A DNA stretch of 63,610 nucleotides, counting the filler, from Reticulomyxa filosa (lineage: Eukaryota; Protista; Foraminifera), in assembly GCA_000512085.1 (NCBI GenBank). It is 8 parts of 8 records of this genome, joined end to end, with 100 filler letters (N's around TTAATTAATTAA, not from the genome) between each part and the next. Parts side by side here need not be neighbours in the genome. Positions count along the whole stretch, not along the records: positions 40,655 to 49,508 come from ASPP01016003.1; positions 49,609 to 51,146 come from ASPP01036026.1; positions 51,247 to 61,066 come from ASPP01011413.1; 5 more parts are not named here. The stretch is one strand, 5' to 3'. A program made the position numbers and the translations under genes. Under the pieces are notes generated by a model. It did not search any database. It worked only from the letters and a program-made list of their open reading frames with translations, and was not told the origin of the DNA. This document shows positions 47,676 through 61,166 of this stretch, in pieces (positions within the stretch are counted from its first letter, which is position 1; every line of letters begins with the position of its first letter).

Positions 47676-49470
47676 TTACAGTTTTGCATTTTTCACCCGA
47701 ACAACAGGTTTTCCAAAGAGCACTACTTGTTCGTCGACAGGAAGTGCCTTGACACCAACAATTTCCAATTTTCTGGGTTTAATATGATCAAACCAGCTGT
47801 TATCTTCACTGGAAATGATTCGACTCAATTCCATTTTTTCTTGCTCCAATTCTTGGAACAAGCGTTTTTTAATAGATAAATAATGATCGGTTGTAACGAA
47901 GCGAGGGTAGACATTAGATGTAACCAAATGCCAAATTTCAGCCCAAGCCCCGTCAAAGATATGATACAATCGGAATAGATGTTCAGTGCTTTGATTGACC
48001 CCGCTTTTTTCATCATCAGCGCCATTGATAGCACCTTGCATCATTTCTACCGTCCCTCCGTTTTTTTTGTTTGCAGCTGCCTTTAAGTTCGTGGATGAGC
48101 CCATATTTGAAGGCATAGGCAAATTTTGTTGGTGAAAAAAGAAATGTAAGTTGCTGCGATTTTTACACTAATATTAATTTCCATTTCCGAGCCTTCAACA
48201 ACGAATCGCTGAACAAATCCAAACGCATACGATTAAGTATGTATATGGAATGTGTGTTATGTTTTTTTGTCGTTTTTTTTTTTTTTTTTGTTATACAAAA
48301 GTCTCAAACATGGTAGAGATTTTTGGCCATATCATACAATGTCGTTTTGACCCTTTTTTTTTTTTTTTTGTTTTGTGTTGTCTTCTGCATCATCTTCATC
48401 TTCCTCCTCGTCCTCGTTGACGTCATCATCCATGTTGTGAGACGAATTGTGCAAATTTAAGGCACTGTTGTAATTTATGTCACTTTTGGTAAAGGCGCTT
48501 TTGTCTTGGTTGTTATCACTCTGTTTATTAGCCTCTTTTTTATCTTTTTTCTTTTTGTCGTCGTCTTTGTTGACATTCCGATTCATTCGAAATGTCAAAA
48601 TTGCCAAGGAATTATTTGGACTCCAAACTATGTCCGAGGTTACCTGTGAGGTTTGATCTTCATCTTCCTCCCCCCACGCCATTGTTGTAAACCTTCGTTC
48701 ATCTTCGCCTTCATAAGTTGCCATGTTTGAATCCGTACTGTCTTCTCTGTCGTTTTCATGTCCGGCCTTCTTTTTTGCTTTCATGCTGATCCTTCCAACC
48801 AAATCTAAGTGATTTTTACTTTTTCATTGATCAAACAACACAAGATAAAAAATAAATAAATAAAAAAAAAAGGAGGTATAATTAGTTACTAAACAAAATA
48901 ATTCCATAACAAATGTAACCAACAAAAAATATAAATAAAGTGTAACTCAAATCGGTTGGATTTGTTCACATATTGTTTCTCTGTTCGAAATAGGAAAATA
49001 TATTTGAAATGACACACTTGCTCAATAAAAAAGAGATTTTCGACGTTGATTTCGTCAACGCAGTGTTGAACAAACGCAGCATATCCAATTCGATTGGATA
49101 ATATGTATGCGAGTGGAACATGTTGAACGGAGCTTTCTCCGTTGTTGTTGACTTTACTTCCTTGACTACTTAGCATTGCCAGTTCTTCCATCGAAGGAAG
49201 TTTTATAGCTTTATCAAAGGGGATCACATGAAGTACCCATGATGTGCACAATAACTTTGCGCATATTTTTTTTGTGTTTAATGTTACAATCACATCCAAT
49301 ACGTTTCATTTCATCCAAAAAAAAAAAGACAAACAACGTACACATAAACCTCAACTGATGTGCTTAAAAATATTCCCCAATCCAGCACAATTTTGATAAG
49401 GAAGACTGTTTCAATACTATAACCAGACTCAACCATTGATGTTATAACCGCATCAGTAATTAGCAGTGCT
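47676..49470 (-). CDS. Second TM-RGS protein (probably 7TM-RGS) with large insertions in the RGS domain; 5' truncated
   Basis: Last TM segments (VFLIKIVLDWGIFL, LLCTSWVL), then LAYILSNRIGYAAFVQHCVDEINVENLFFIEQV, FVQRFVVEGSEMEINISVKNR and IFDGAWAEIWHLVTSNVYPRF. Confidence 0.8.
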
Positions 49471-49508
<38 letters not shown>

Positions 49509-49608
49509 NNNNNNNNNNNNNNNNNNNNNNNNNNNNNNNNNNNNNNNNNNNNTTAATTAATTAANNNNNNNNNNNNNNNNNNNNNNNNNNNNNNNNNNNN
49601 NNNNNNNN
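49509..49608. other. Artificial contig linker
   Basis: 100-nt N/TTAATTAATTAA/N spacer. Confidence 0.97.
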
Positions 49609-51146
49609 TCCTTTTTTAGCTGGTAACATTATGATTACCCCTTTGTAAAATGCAACATATCATTTGAGTTTTTTGGAAGATAATGCTATACAATCATCAA
49701 AACATTCTGCATTACAACAAAAATTTCATTTTATCATATGAATGCAGTAAATAAAATGACCTTTATGTTTCCGTATTTTTTTGTTTCATTTGTTGAAGCA
49801 CCACATAATCACATAAACTTATTGAATGAAAAATCTTTTGTTTGTAAAATCATTTCAACATATCTTTGAATTTCATTAAGAATGTTATCTATTTATCAAA
49901 TTTCAAGCTATTAATAGTCAACAAAACAAAATTAGCTAGCTTTTGATTCAATGAACATAAGTTATTGCTATTTTATTGATACATCACTGTTTCTTTGCAC
50001 AATAATAACGATTTTTGTTTTTTTCTAGATACTCAAGTTTTTGGTTTTCATATTCGTGGCGAGGACAAGATGTTGTCTAATTAATGATATTTGATAAATT
50101 CAATTGTTTTATTATATTTTTTTTTATTTGTGCACGCCTGTGCATTTCAGCATTTTTTATCATAAACATTTTAATTGTAAATGTTGTACTTTATAAAGAA
50201 AAAGAAATTTTCGTTAATTCTCAATGAATTGGTATTCTTTTGATTTTCATTTGCTATTTTCTACCACAAAGTTGGATTTTTTCATGACAATTACATTATC
50301 CCAATCTTTGCAAATTAAAATTGATAATGCAAATTTAAAAATTGCCATATTTAATTTGGGAAGTGCAAACAAAAAAAATTTAAATTGGTAATTTAAAAAT
50401 TTTTAACGTGTTTTTTGCTACTATGCTAAAGCGCAATGCCTAAAAAACAAAACAACGAAAAATCTTTCTATATAGGAATGGTGTTGTCCACTTGTCACGC
50501 CAAGATTGTAAAAATCCAACTTACACAAAAGACAAAAAAAGTTTCTTCTACAAAAAAGTGAATTTAGGAAAACAAACTCTTATTCAGGAGAGGGAAACCA
50601 CAAAACAGCCCCTTTTTCCCGCAACTGATATTGAAAATTCAGGCTTATTTGTGTACATCTTAACAATTAGTAAAAATAATTTTTTAAGCAAATCTATTTT
50701 CTTGTCGCCATGAAAAAGAAACAACTACCTCATTACAAACTGATATCCAATTTTGACACTCTTGCTGCTATTGGCACTACACACTGACTGAGCAACTCAA
50801 AAACAGTGTTTTTAAAGTTCTTTTTATACTATGCAAAAAAAACAGTATATATCTTTCTCATCAAGCAATGTTCTTTTCGAAATATTTTCAACACAATTTT
50901 TTTTAAAAAAGGAAAACGTCAGCAAAAAAAATAAAATATGAACAAGTTATCATTTTGTCTGTAAGAACATGTTCTTGCTTTTATTCTTGTATTGATTGCA
51001 AATATATAATTGTGCAAAGTGATTCGATAATCAACAAATTCTCAAATCATTACTCATCAAGTCGTACAAAACCTCCAAAAGAAAAGGGTTATCTAGCATC
51101 TCAAAAAAAAAAATTCATCTAACATGTCTACTCAAGTCAACAACTA

Positions 51147-51246
51147 NNNNNNNNNNNNNNNNNNNNNNNNNNNNNNNNNNNNNNNNNNNNTTAATTAATT
51201 AANNNNNNNNNNNNNNNNNNNNNNNNNNNNNNNNNNNNNNNNNNNN
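51147..51246. other. Artificial contig linker
   Basis: 100-nt N/TTAATTAATTAA/N spacer. Confidence 0.97.
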
Positions 51247-51435
51247 AAAATGATAAAAATGTTTGTAATTTACAAAAAATTGTAGAAAAATAAAATACAT
51301 TTTGAAATAATTGAAGATTCATATTTTTTTTAAACAAAAAAAGATTTTGAAAAAATGTTGATTTTTGACTTAGAAAATCGATCATCTTCATAAGGTGTCA
51401 TTTTAGTGTCAGTACTTTTATCTTTACATGTATAT
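51247..51435 (+). repeat. Dispersed AT-rich repeat, copy B (at contig end)
   Basis: Aligns by eye with 15545-15720. The core aaaatcgatcatcttcataaggtgtcatt also matches 47286-47315. Confidence 0.75.
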
Positions 51436-52917
51436 GAATAATTTGTATCTATATTTATTGACATGTATAATAATAATTACATGCTTGTGATAATATAATA
51501 TATAAAAAAAAAAGTGAATATAGTGTGTAAAGACATAAAGTAGTCAGCATTTTATAAAATATTGACAAACAAATAGAAAAAGTAATGTGAATTATAAAAT
51601 ATATTATATACATAAATTTGCAACAAAAAAGAAAACAATTGTTATGTTGATCTAGTTTGTGATTGCATTGCGTTTGATCGGATTGTGTTAGTTTAGTTTT
51701 TGCGACTACTTGCAATTTCGAAAAAATACAAAAAATATCTATTCTTTTAGTACAGAAAAACACGTACAATGCATACATTGAAAAAAATGAGAAAATGTAT
51801 TATAAACGCTATGAATGCTGTGTTCTCTGTTGTTTGTGTCTGTTTATTAATACCAAGCTCTTATTCCATTCCAACACAGATGGATCTTTCTTTTACAAAA
51901 AAGTATTGACTTAGTTCGAATTGAATGCAGCGATTAAGCTTTTGTTTTTCTTGTTTACGGGGAAAAAACTCCCTTTTTGTGGTATCCTTATAAAAGGTCA
52001 GTCTATTTTAACATTGTACTATTTCAGAAAAAAATGTAAACTTTAGGCATCAATATTCTGGAAATAATACAAAACAATGAGAATAAAGTAAGCAAATGAA
52101 CAAAGAAAATATTTTTAAAAAATCAATTGTCTCTATAACGTACTTACCAAAAAAATTATATCCTTCAAAAAGAAGCTTTCATGTATGGATAATGTAATTG
52201 AACCATTGCCGTTCTTTTTCCCATTAGAAAACAAAATTCAAAAACACAGGTGTACTCTAAGAAAACAAAAAAGCTTTCTAGGAAAAACTTAAAAAACAAA
52301 AGGGATCTATTGTACTTATTTCTGTGTTTCGAAGTATATTTCAACAGTTTGTAGCCTTTAAGCTTGTAGTCAAAAAATGCAAATCCATTTATTTGACTAC
52401 GCATCCTCCAACCCTCTCTTGGCAGTACCCAAAACATTACCCCACAACGCGCAAGTAACACCGCATACATTTTTTGTGTTGTTACAATTGATTGTGTTGG
52501 CTTTTTCAGGGGAATGACTAAATTTGGTTGCATCTTAAGATAACAACAAATGAATGGCAAAAACATAAATATGTTAATGGATGATTTAGCAGCAAAAAAG
52601 TGGTGATACACTAGAAAAATTGGAAAGTACTGACATCAGAAAAGATAATCAAAAAAGGGTTGGTTGTGCAATACAATCAAAACGTGCACCTGATAATGGT
52701 TTGCTTTTTCCATTATTTATTTCTCATTGCTTGTGTGTTTTTTCTTTTTTACAAAAAAATCGCCATTTTTTTGTGTTCAACATCATGCCGCCCGACATAT
52801 ATCAGCGTTTCTGATACCTAAAAAAAAGAGGGAAAAGACTAAAAAAAATTGGATACCTCTGAATTGTTTGAAAAGTATGGACTTTTTTATGTTTGAAAAG
52901 CCAGCGTGTACTCGATA

Positions 52918-55169
52918 ATGCCTCGCGGTATCGGATACACACGTTCTGACGACATGAGTGCTTATCACAAAGGAGAAGAAAGACTGGAAAAGTTTAAACA
53001 CATGTTGCGAGATATTCGGTCCCAAAAACGCAAACGTTCGTTCAGAGATGTAATGTCTAGTTCTATGGATCCCAATGAAGAAAGCCACAGAAATACCAAG
53101 AGGATGAAAATCTGTCCCAATGAAATGGCAGCTGACAAAAGTGGTACGTAGCTTTTTTGTCGGTGTCTATGAACACAAACAAAAAAGATAACAAACATTT
53201 GAGTTGTTTCTTTACATTTTTTGCTACGTATACTGTTATACAAGTATCAAGGTTGGATGTGTGATTGTGATGTAATAGAAACATCACAAGACTCTCCACG
53301 CCATTTTGGAGAAGTGCCTAGCCGCGCAACGCTGTCACGCAAAGTGACAGATGGTGGCGCTCAGGATGATCTGCTGCAAACACTACAAAAAGTGAGAAGC
53401 AGAAGTTCCAGTTTTAGAGACAGGACAAATCATTACATTACTTTGGAAGGGCCCGCACACATACAAACAAATTCGAAACTCAGTTTTGCTTAAAAAAAAT
53501 TGAGGTTACTCTTCAAAAAAAATTACATTAAATAAGGGGTTACTTTTTTTGAGTGGTTATGATGTGAAACAGTGAAAAGATTATCGAGCAAAACATCTAT
53601 CCCGATATTGCTGTCCAACGATTTGGCAGGGCCATCTGTAGCAAAAAAGGGCCACTTGCACCTATCAGGAACAAAGTCGGACGAAACAAAGAATCAAGGA
53701 ACGGACGATAAAGGAGTTGCACAAAAAAAGAACGAAAGCAAAGGGATAAATAATGCAGACAAAAAAGACGAACACATAGAGAAGTACTTGATCACACCAG
53801 CAGCAAAGGGGAGTACGTCGAAGCCAAGTAACAAGGCACAAAATGTCCCAGAAATGTTGATACCTTTGCAACTTCATGCCTTGACGAAAAAATTCTTTTG
53901 CTTGGAATCTAGCTTAGCCACATGTCAAGCGCGAAACCATTTCTTCGTACCGTTTCAAGAACTTAAGGAATGTATTGAGCGCGTCTGCAAAAGCACATTT
54001 ACTACATGTGATTTACGGCAGATACTTTATTTAGTTCCTGACTTTTATGATGTGGCATGGAAGTCTATTTGGGTCGAAAGTTTTGTTACACGTATAAAGA
54101 CAAATAAAATAAACAAATATGTATACGTATATATGTGCGTAAAAATGTTGTTGACTTGTCTATTATCGCTTGTTGGTGACTGTGGAAGGTACAAACTCGA
54201 AACAAATAAAATTAATTGTTGTCGTTAGGAATGAAGATGATACTGATAAATCACACGATTCACAAAAGCAAGAATGTCTGTCATTTGCAAAGCTGGAGCA
54301 AAGACGCAACATTTTTCGAAGGAGGTTGATTTGTTTTGTGCGAGACAAGCACCAGGTAGTTTAATTTTTTTTAGAAGCCTTTTTAATTTTAGTTAGCAAA
54401 ACAGAAGTTTTTTTAATCTCTTAGAAATGGTTAAAAGATCAAGACTTGGTACAATTTGATCCATTCGAGCGACGGGAGTGGCATAAAAGATTCGACTTGG
54501 AGGGTATCTCCTTTCTTCCGTATGGGAGCATCCCACCCAAGCCAGTAAGGATTTTACACTCACTATCTTTTTTTTTTGGAGACAAAAGAAAAAAATACTT
54601 AAGACAGTGTGTATCTTATATGTTGACAGAGTGAACAAATAGACAAGCCACTGGATAAGACTAAAGATGCAACGTTATGCAAACCCAAAGTGCCTGTCTT
54701 AGTTCCGTTGAAGTTCGATCCCAACCGCCGTCAGCCTGTAACACGAACAAATGAGAAATTGCATCCAACTGAAACGTGTCTAAGTAACATTCATACTGTC
54801 CTAAAAGCGAACCAAAGTATGACAACAAATGTCACAAACGACAAAGTATTGGAGACCCATGAATTACAAAAAGAAAGTGCAAGATGGGAAAGCTTACTTT
54901 ATTTGGTGGGCCTGATCCGTGGGATTTATTTGTCTGAAAAGAAAGTATCGATGCCTTACGAACAACTGGTGGAAAAATTGTGCAAAAAACGCAAAGATCA
55001 ATATCTCACAACAAGTTATGAGATGGATCAACAGTTAAAACTTTTAGAAAGTTTAGTTTGCAAATTTTTAACTATCAAATCTGGCAAAACTTTAAAAATT
55101 GCCAAAATTGACTTGAAAGTTGATGTTTGTCACGTTAAAAATGAAATATTGTCTCATCTCCAACTTTGA
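52918..55169 (+). CDS. CDT1: DNA replication licensing factor Cdt1, multi-exon
   Basis: Middle winged helix KFFCLESSL...PFQELKECIERVCKSTFTTCDLRQILYLVPDFY; LEQRRNIFRRRL; WHKRFDLE; C-terminal LIRGIYLSEKKVSMPYEQLVEKL...EMDQQLKLL. Confidence 0.8.
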
Positions 55170-55727
55170 ATGGCATGCAAAAAAAAAAGAAGTAATAAAT
55201 GTAATTGTGATCTTCATGTTTGATTCTTTTTTCTACACATTATTTTATTTAATAATAATTTCCTTAATCTAATAAATTACAACTTAAAAGCAAACAAACA
55301 TTCGCATAACATTACAATTCAGTGTACATAATCAGTAATTTTGATTTCATTTGAACAATAGGATTGTGTTTCTTTAAGATTGACAATATTATATGCATAT
55401 GATCTTCTTAAAACAACAAAATATTAAACAAGACAATCCCCAAAGCACGATATTCCACATCATTGCCCACCAGAAATTCAAATTTTTTGTGAATTTTGCT
55501 AATATTTACTCTATATCTACAGTTTCCAAGAAATATTTGCACATAATTGGGATTATTACAAATAATGGAGTTAATTTAGTTAAATACTTTTAGTTCTAGC
55601 TCAAAAAAACTCTAGTACTTAATTTAAAAAGTTCATAAATCCCAACGTGTCCTTTCATCCACAAGTTTTTGTGTCGAAATTAGACAACTCAGTTTTCAAA
55701 TACCCCAAAAATCAAGACGTTGATAGG

Positions 55728-57480
55728 ATGAGTTTTTGGTATTTTTAATTTATTTATCGTAAGTGAAAACCTGTTCTTAAAACTTGCGTACACACAAAAA
55801 AGGCAGAATTTATTTTCGAGTGACAAGCACAATGAAAACGATGCAGAAGTAAAACATCCCGAGCTGATGGTTGACGACGTGGGTGCTCAAGTGGACGATT
55901 TGAAACAAATCAACGATCGTTTCAAATGCATAATGGAGCACAACTTTGGACGAGACGACACTTCTCAGCTGCTTCAAAATCGACTCGACGAAGAGCAGAG
56001 AAATCACCAAGAAGAGATAGACCAGCTGAAAAAAGCATTTCAACAAAAAGAAACAGTACATTTGACTGAAAACGCCAATTTAAAGCAACAAATTAGTGAC
56101 TTGAAAAAGTTATTTTTTTTGTTAATTTAAAAAAGTCCGCTAAGGGTAAAACTCAATTTCAAACAAAACAAAAATTGGTTTGGAATGATTGATTTGTTTG
56201 GTGCTATACTACTGACAGACAAGCAAAAGAATTAAATGAACAAAAAGAACAATCAGAATTCCAAAATGACAAAATACGAGACCAGCTTAAAGAAACAGAG
56301 CAACAATTAGATCTTGTTCAAAGGGATGCTGATAAGGTGAGTTGAACAAACATAGAAGAGAGATTAATTATTTTAGAAATAAAAGAAATACCGGCTTTTG
56401 TCCAAACTTTTTGATTGGATCAGTTTTTTAAAATTTTTTTGGTGTATTTTTGACCGTTCTCATTTCCTCTTCTTTTCTTTAAAAAATACGTGCTTCGGAC
56501 TTTTTGAAAGAAAAAAAAGCTAATTTTGCTTGGGTGGCAGAGAAGATAAGATGGAGGGAATTGTTTGTAAATGAAAAACAGTGCATTGGACAACTCGAGA
56601 CGGAACAAATTGCGTTGAAAAAACAACTGAAAGCTCTTCAAGATGAAAATGACGCGCTCTTGCAACGACACTTTACATCTCCGGACAAAGAGACGGCACA
56701 ACATCTATTGAAAGAGCAGTTTTCTGAAGAACTTGCAAAGGTATGAATGAAACACCGTAGTGCGAACACGAGAGAGCTTAGTCAACCTTGTGTGTGTTGT
56801 AATGTTGGGAAAAAAAAAAGATACATCAAGAAACAAAAGAACAATACGATGATCTTCGTCAACAACATGCGGCAAAGTTGGAAAATGAGTGCAAAGAAAA
56901 ACTGAAAAAAGTAGAAAATAAAATGTCGGAATTGGCTGATAGATTAGCGGAAAAAGAAAAGGAATACCTTGAATTGAACACAGAAAAAGATAAACTTGCA
57001 AATGAACGCCTGAAATATTTGACAGAAATGGTAGACGCAAAAAAGGAAAAAGATGACATAATGCGTCTGATGACCCAAGAAATGGACAAAAAGTCGAAGC
57101 AAATTGATGAGTTACAAAACGAAGTTAAGAAATTGAACGATCTCAACAATCGTGTCACCGCATATTGCGACCATCTTGAAGATAGAAATCTTCCTCTGCA
57201 TGACGAAATCAAAGTTAAAACTTTTTTTGCTTGTATGTTTATATATATCCTGTTTGATATTGAATACTTTGTAAGGACAAACCAGAGCATATTTCTCATC
57301 TTTTTGTGTGTGTAATGTCTTTGTTAGAAATTGGGAATGATTTGTCAATATCTCGAGGACCTTGCTGAAAGTGATGATCTCACTATTCCGCCAACCAAAC
57401 GAAGAAGACTCGAGCAAAAAACGACCGATGGAGATATGTTTAGAACACCAAGAGTACCGCTCAAACCAACTCCAATGTAA
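55728..57480 (+). CDS. Long coiled-coil protein with C-terminal basic NLS-like motif, multi-exon
   Basis: Heptad-rich E/K/Q/L exons (55805-56110, 56218-56336, 56540-56740, 56830-57213). The last exon ends PPTKRRRLEQKTTDGDMFRTPRVPLKPTPM*. Confidence 0.65.
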
Positions 57481-57990
57481 ATTTTTTCACCTTTTTCGTG
57501 TTCATGATAATCTCTTTGCTATTCACAAAACAAACACTTCCCTTTGGGTATGAGGATAGATAATTGGTGCAATTTGCAAAAGGCTATCATTTATCTTTTT
57601 TTTTTTGTAAGTTGGATTTTTTATTGCAAAATTTTATGCATCACTTTTTTTTTGGATGATTTTGTTTTCCGTTTAAGGCTTTGGATGTACGCGGGCCTGT
57701 CTTTAAATAGATTGGTACTTTCGAGTTTTTTAACGGATTTTTGACATTGTTTTTATTTTGAAGGATTAAAGCAATTTTTATTTCGCTAAAACAAAGATAA
57801 GAGATGTTTTTTGTTGTGGAGGACAATATCAATGATTTACTGGGAGAAAAAATATGAAGTTAAATAAACAACCAACAAAATAAACGAAATACAATCAACA
57901 ACTTGAAAGAAACATTTTTGTGTAGAGGAATGATCCCTCTCTCTGTATTAAATAAGAAGCAAGGGAAACACTTGGCCACGTAAGAAAGGA

Positions 57991-58999
57991 TTAAAAATTA
58001 GCAGTTTTATCAAAATTTTTTTCAGCAATACTTTTGCTGGCATCATTGGCAGCTGGATTCAGCTGTTTGACAATGAATGGATGATTAGGAATTTGAGACA
58101 ATTCCATGCGCTGGGATGGGTCTTTGACGAGTAGTCTCAACATCAAGTCTCTGGCCAAAGGCGATACATGAGGTGGAAATCGAAACTCCAACTTTTTGAT
58201 ACGCTGCAAAGTTTTTGTCTGGTTGCCAGTCTCAAAAGGGGGATTTCCACACACAAACTCATACAACAATACGCCCAAGGCCCACACGTCCACTGACGGA
58301 TCATGTTTTTTCTTTTCGACCATCTCTGGAGGCAAATAGTCGAGGGTACCACACCTTCAAATTCCCACCCACCCCATCTCACCTCTTCGAGTCAGTCCTT
58401 TTTGCACTTTCTTTCTCCAAATTTTTTTGGGTTTTTTTTGAGAGGAGAAAAAGAAAGAGATGTTTTCCTAACATAGTAGTTCTCCTTGAATCGGGTGCGT
58501 GAACACTCCAGCCGAAATCAGCCAATTTGATATTGTCTTTGTGATCGAGCAACAAATTTTCGGGTTTGATGTCTCTGTGGATGACATGTTTTTTGTGACA
58601 GTAGTGCAAAGCGCTTGCCAAGCTACTGATATATCTGGCGCTTCGCCGCTCGTCAAACTTTTCTGCTGCACGCAAGTGATTAAATACTTCTCCTCCTGCG
58701 CAAAACTCCAGCATCAAGTACACTTTTTCTTGGTCGTAAAAATATCCGTACAACCGTATAACGTTTGGATGGCGTAAGTTGGCCAATATTTCAATTTCTC
58801 TACGCAACTGATGCTCAACGTTGTGTTTTATCAGTGACTGCTTCCACAGCACTTTTAACGCCACGACAAATTGCTTTTTCTTTTCCCTTACCAAATACAC
58901 TTTCCCAAATTTTCCTCGTCCCAATCTTTTCCCTATCTCAAAATCTTTTAAGCACCATTCTCTTTGTTTTCCTGAAGAGGGACTTCCGGCAAATGCCAT
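57991..58999 (-). CDS. Aurora kinase, two exons
   Basis: [44 protein letters not shown], spliced RRTTM|[19 protein letters not shown]. Confidence 0.95.
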
Positions 59000-59551
59000 A
59001 TTTTCGGTTCACAAGCTGTTGAATGTTTGGGGAGACCCCTTCCGCTTTGAAAACCAGTTTTTAGCTTACAAAAGAACGTCAGAAACATATGCCCGTTGGC
59101 TTATTCGGTATTTTTTGAGAATTTAAGATAATAAAATGTTTTTAATTGCAGCAATTAGCATCAACTATTAACATCTTCATGTTAACTGACTAATCATGGA
59201 ATATAAAAAAAAATGATCCAAAACCTATCTTATCCAAAGCTATGTTACTAGCTAAAAGTAGGTCAGCCATTTTTGGGATCACCAACCGCTGACTTTATTA
59301 AGTGTTTTTTATTTATTCAATCCGCACGGAGTTTGTTGTCACTTTCTAATTATACTTTGTAATAGGTAAAGTAACTTAATTGGATTTGTATTGACTGCTT
59401 TTTAAAAAATGTTGTTATCTAAATCACCTAACCGTTAATTTTGCTTACTCCAAAATGCTAAATTTTGATGATAAGAAGTAAAGATGAATTTAATCTCAAC
59501 ATTTTTTTAAAAAAGGGCTTTTAATCATAAACCAAACAAAATAGCGCATTT

Positions 59552-61066
59552 TCAGTGCTGCAGTTTTTTCAAAAAGCTATCAATTGGAGGAAATATGGAT
59601 TGTTCCGACCACCTCCATAATTCTTGATACAGCCAACATTCACACAAAGCGTCCAGCGCTCCATACTTTAATTGTGAACTACGCAGTGGTCGTAAGCTCC
59701 AATTGCTCAATTGTTCGTCTTTGTCGAGTTTCCTATCCAAAACCCAGCTCACTAACTTGGCCAGACCACCTTCACGAAATTTTTTCTGCGGTGGGCCCCT
59801 TGTTTGTTTGTGAATCATCCTATACACGGAAAAAAAAACTCACTCCATATTTTTGTTTCGAATACACTATGTTTGAAAATCAGTTATCAAACATAAAAAA
59901 AACAAAAAAACAGACTTTTGCAGAAATTCATCGTTTTGAATAAAATGAAGACAATCAGCAAGTTCCAAATAAGGTGTGATAGAATGAAAAGCTTGTAAAT
60001 GGGGCATTTGATTTTTCAAGGCACGCAAATCACCAGAGAAAGACATGCCGATTTTGATGGCTTTGGATTTTGCGAATATAAAGCAAAGCAAGGCATCAAA
60101 TTCGTGAAGCAACAGGTCGTCGACATATATAGCTTGCAGATCAAATATACAGGACAACTCGCACGTGCTTATTTGCAAGGTCTGACAATGCAAAGGAGTA
60201 TTGGGTAATGTCAAATTTGTTGCCACCATTTCTGCATCCAAACCATACAACGATATATTCCTACGACGTAAAAGTTTCTGTGTCCAAATCAGATCAGCAG
60301 TGCACGTATACAAATAAATAAGTATACGTATGTATACATAGAAATCCTACTCGAATGTATGGATTGTTTGTGGACAGTATTTGCAAAACTTTGGCTTCGA
60401 GAAGTGTATCGTGATTATCGACCCACAGGATGTCTTTGTCATCAATGTCCAACACCTTTGAGTAATTATAAAACGGAGAATGGGACATATTGTCGAGAAG
60501 TGGAGAAGTGGTGTTGGCACTGATTACACCTTGCTTCACATTCGCATCTGATCTGCTTTGAACGATCCCCGATTCTTGCCCATCACGGTCTGGATCTTGT
60601 TTGGGATTTAGAGTCAGCTTTTTTGTCTCTTTTTCCCGACTGTTCAATGGATCCACTCTATTGTTTTTATATGTATATGCCTATAAGTTTTTTTTTTTTT
60701 GTTGTCCTTGTCATCAAAAAAACTCCTTGAAAAACAAACGAATAAAAAAAAAAAAAAAAAAAAGTAAAAATGAAATAATAAAAATGTATCAAAATGGCAA
60801 TGAAATATATGTTTTGTAATTGGAAAGCAGACATTTGATATGAATATTTGTTGACTATTTTTTTTCCAAAAGAGTCCACATGTGTTACTATACGTAAAAC
60901 AGTTTGGAATTGTTCAACGGGAACTAAAAACTCCCCATTGCTCTTTTGCGTGTAATATTGTCTGGAACGATGCATTTGATGCAGTCTTTGTTGTGCTTGC
61001 ACATACATTGGACCAATTTTTTGATTTTCTTGTAAATCTTTTTTTTTTTTTTTTTTTTTTTTTTGG
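59552..61066 (-). CDS. DEDDy 3'-5' exonuclease, EXD3/Mut-7-like, multi-exon; 5' truncated
   Basis: ExoI GLDAE, LQIST, IKIGMSFSGDL (ExoII), GLAKLV...LDKDEQLSNWSLRPLRSSQLKYGALDA (ExoIII). Confidence 0.8.
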
Positions 61067-61166
61067 NNNNNNNNNNNNNNNNNNNNNNNNNNNNNNNNNN
61101 NNNNNNNNNNTTAATTAATTAANNNNNNNNNNNNNNNNNNNNNNNNNNNNNNNNNNNNNNNNNNNN
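61067..61166. other. Artificial contig linker
   Basis: 100-nt N/TTAATTAATTAA/N spacer. Confidence 0.97.

Noticed and set aside
49609-52900. Short F/L/K-rich ORFs (e.g. 52165..52611, 51455..51778)
   Set aside because: Composition typical of AT-rich non-coding DNA; no motifs.
21642-61166. Recurrent TTAATTAATTAA palindrome inside N-runs, and ORFs ending in X...LIN
   Set aside because: Identical 100-nt artificial linkers with six-frame stops; not biological repeats or a CRISPR-like array.
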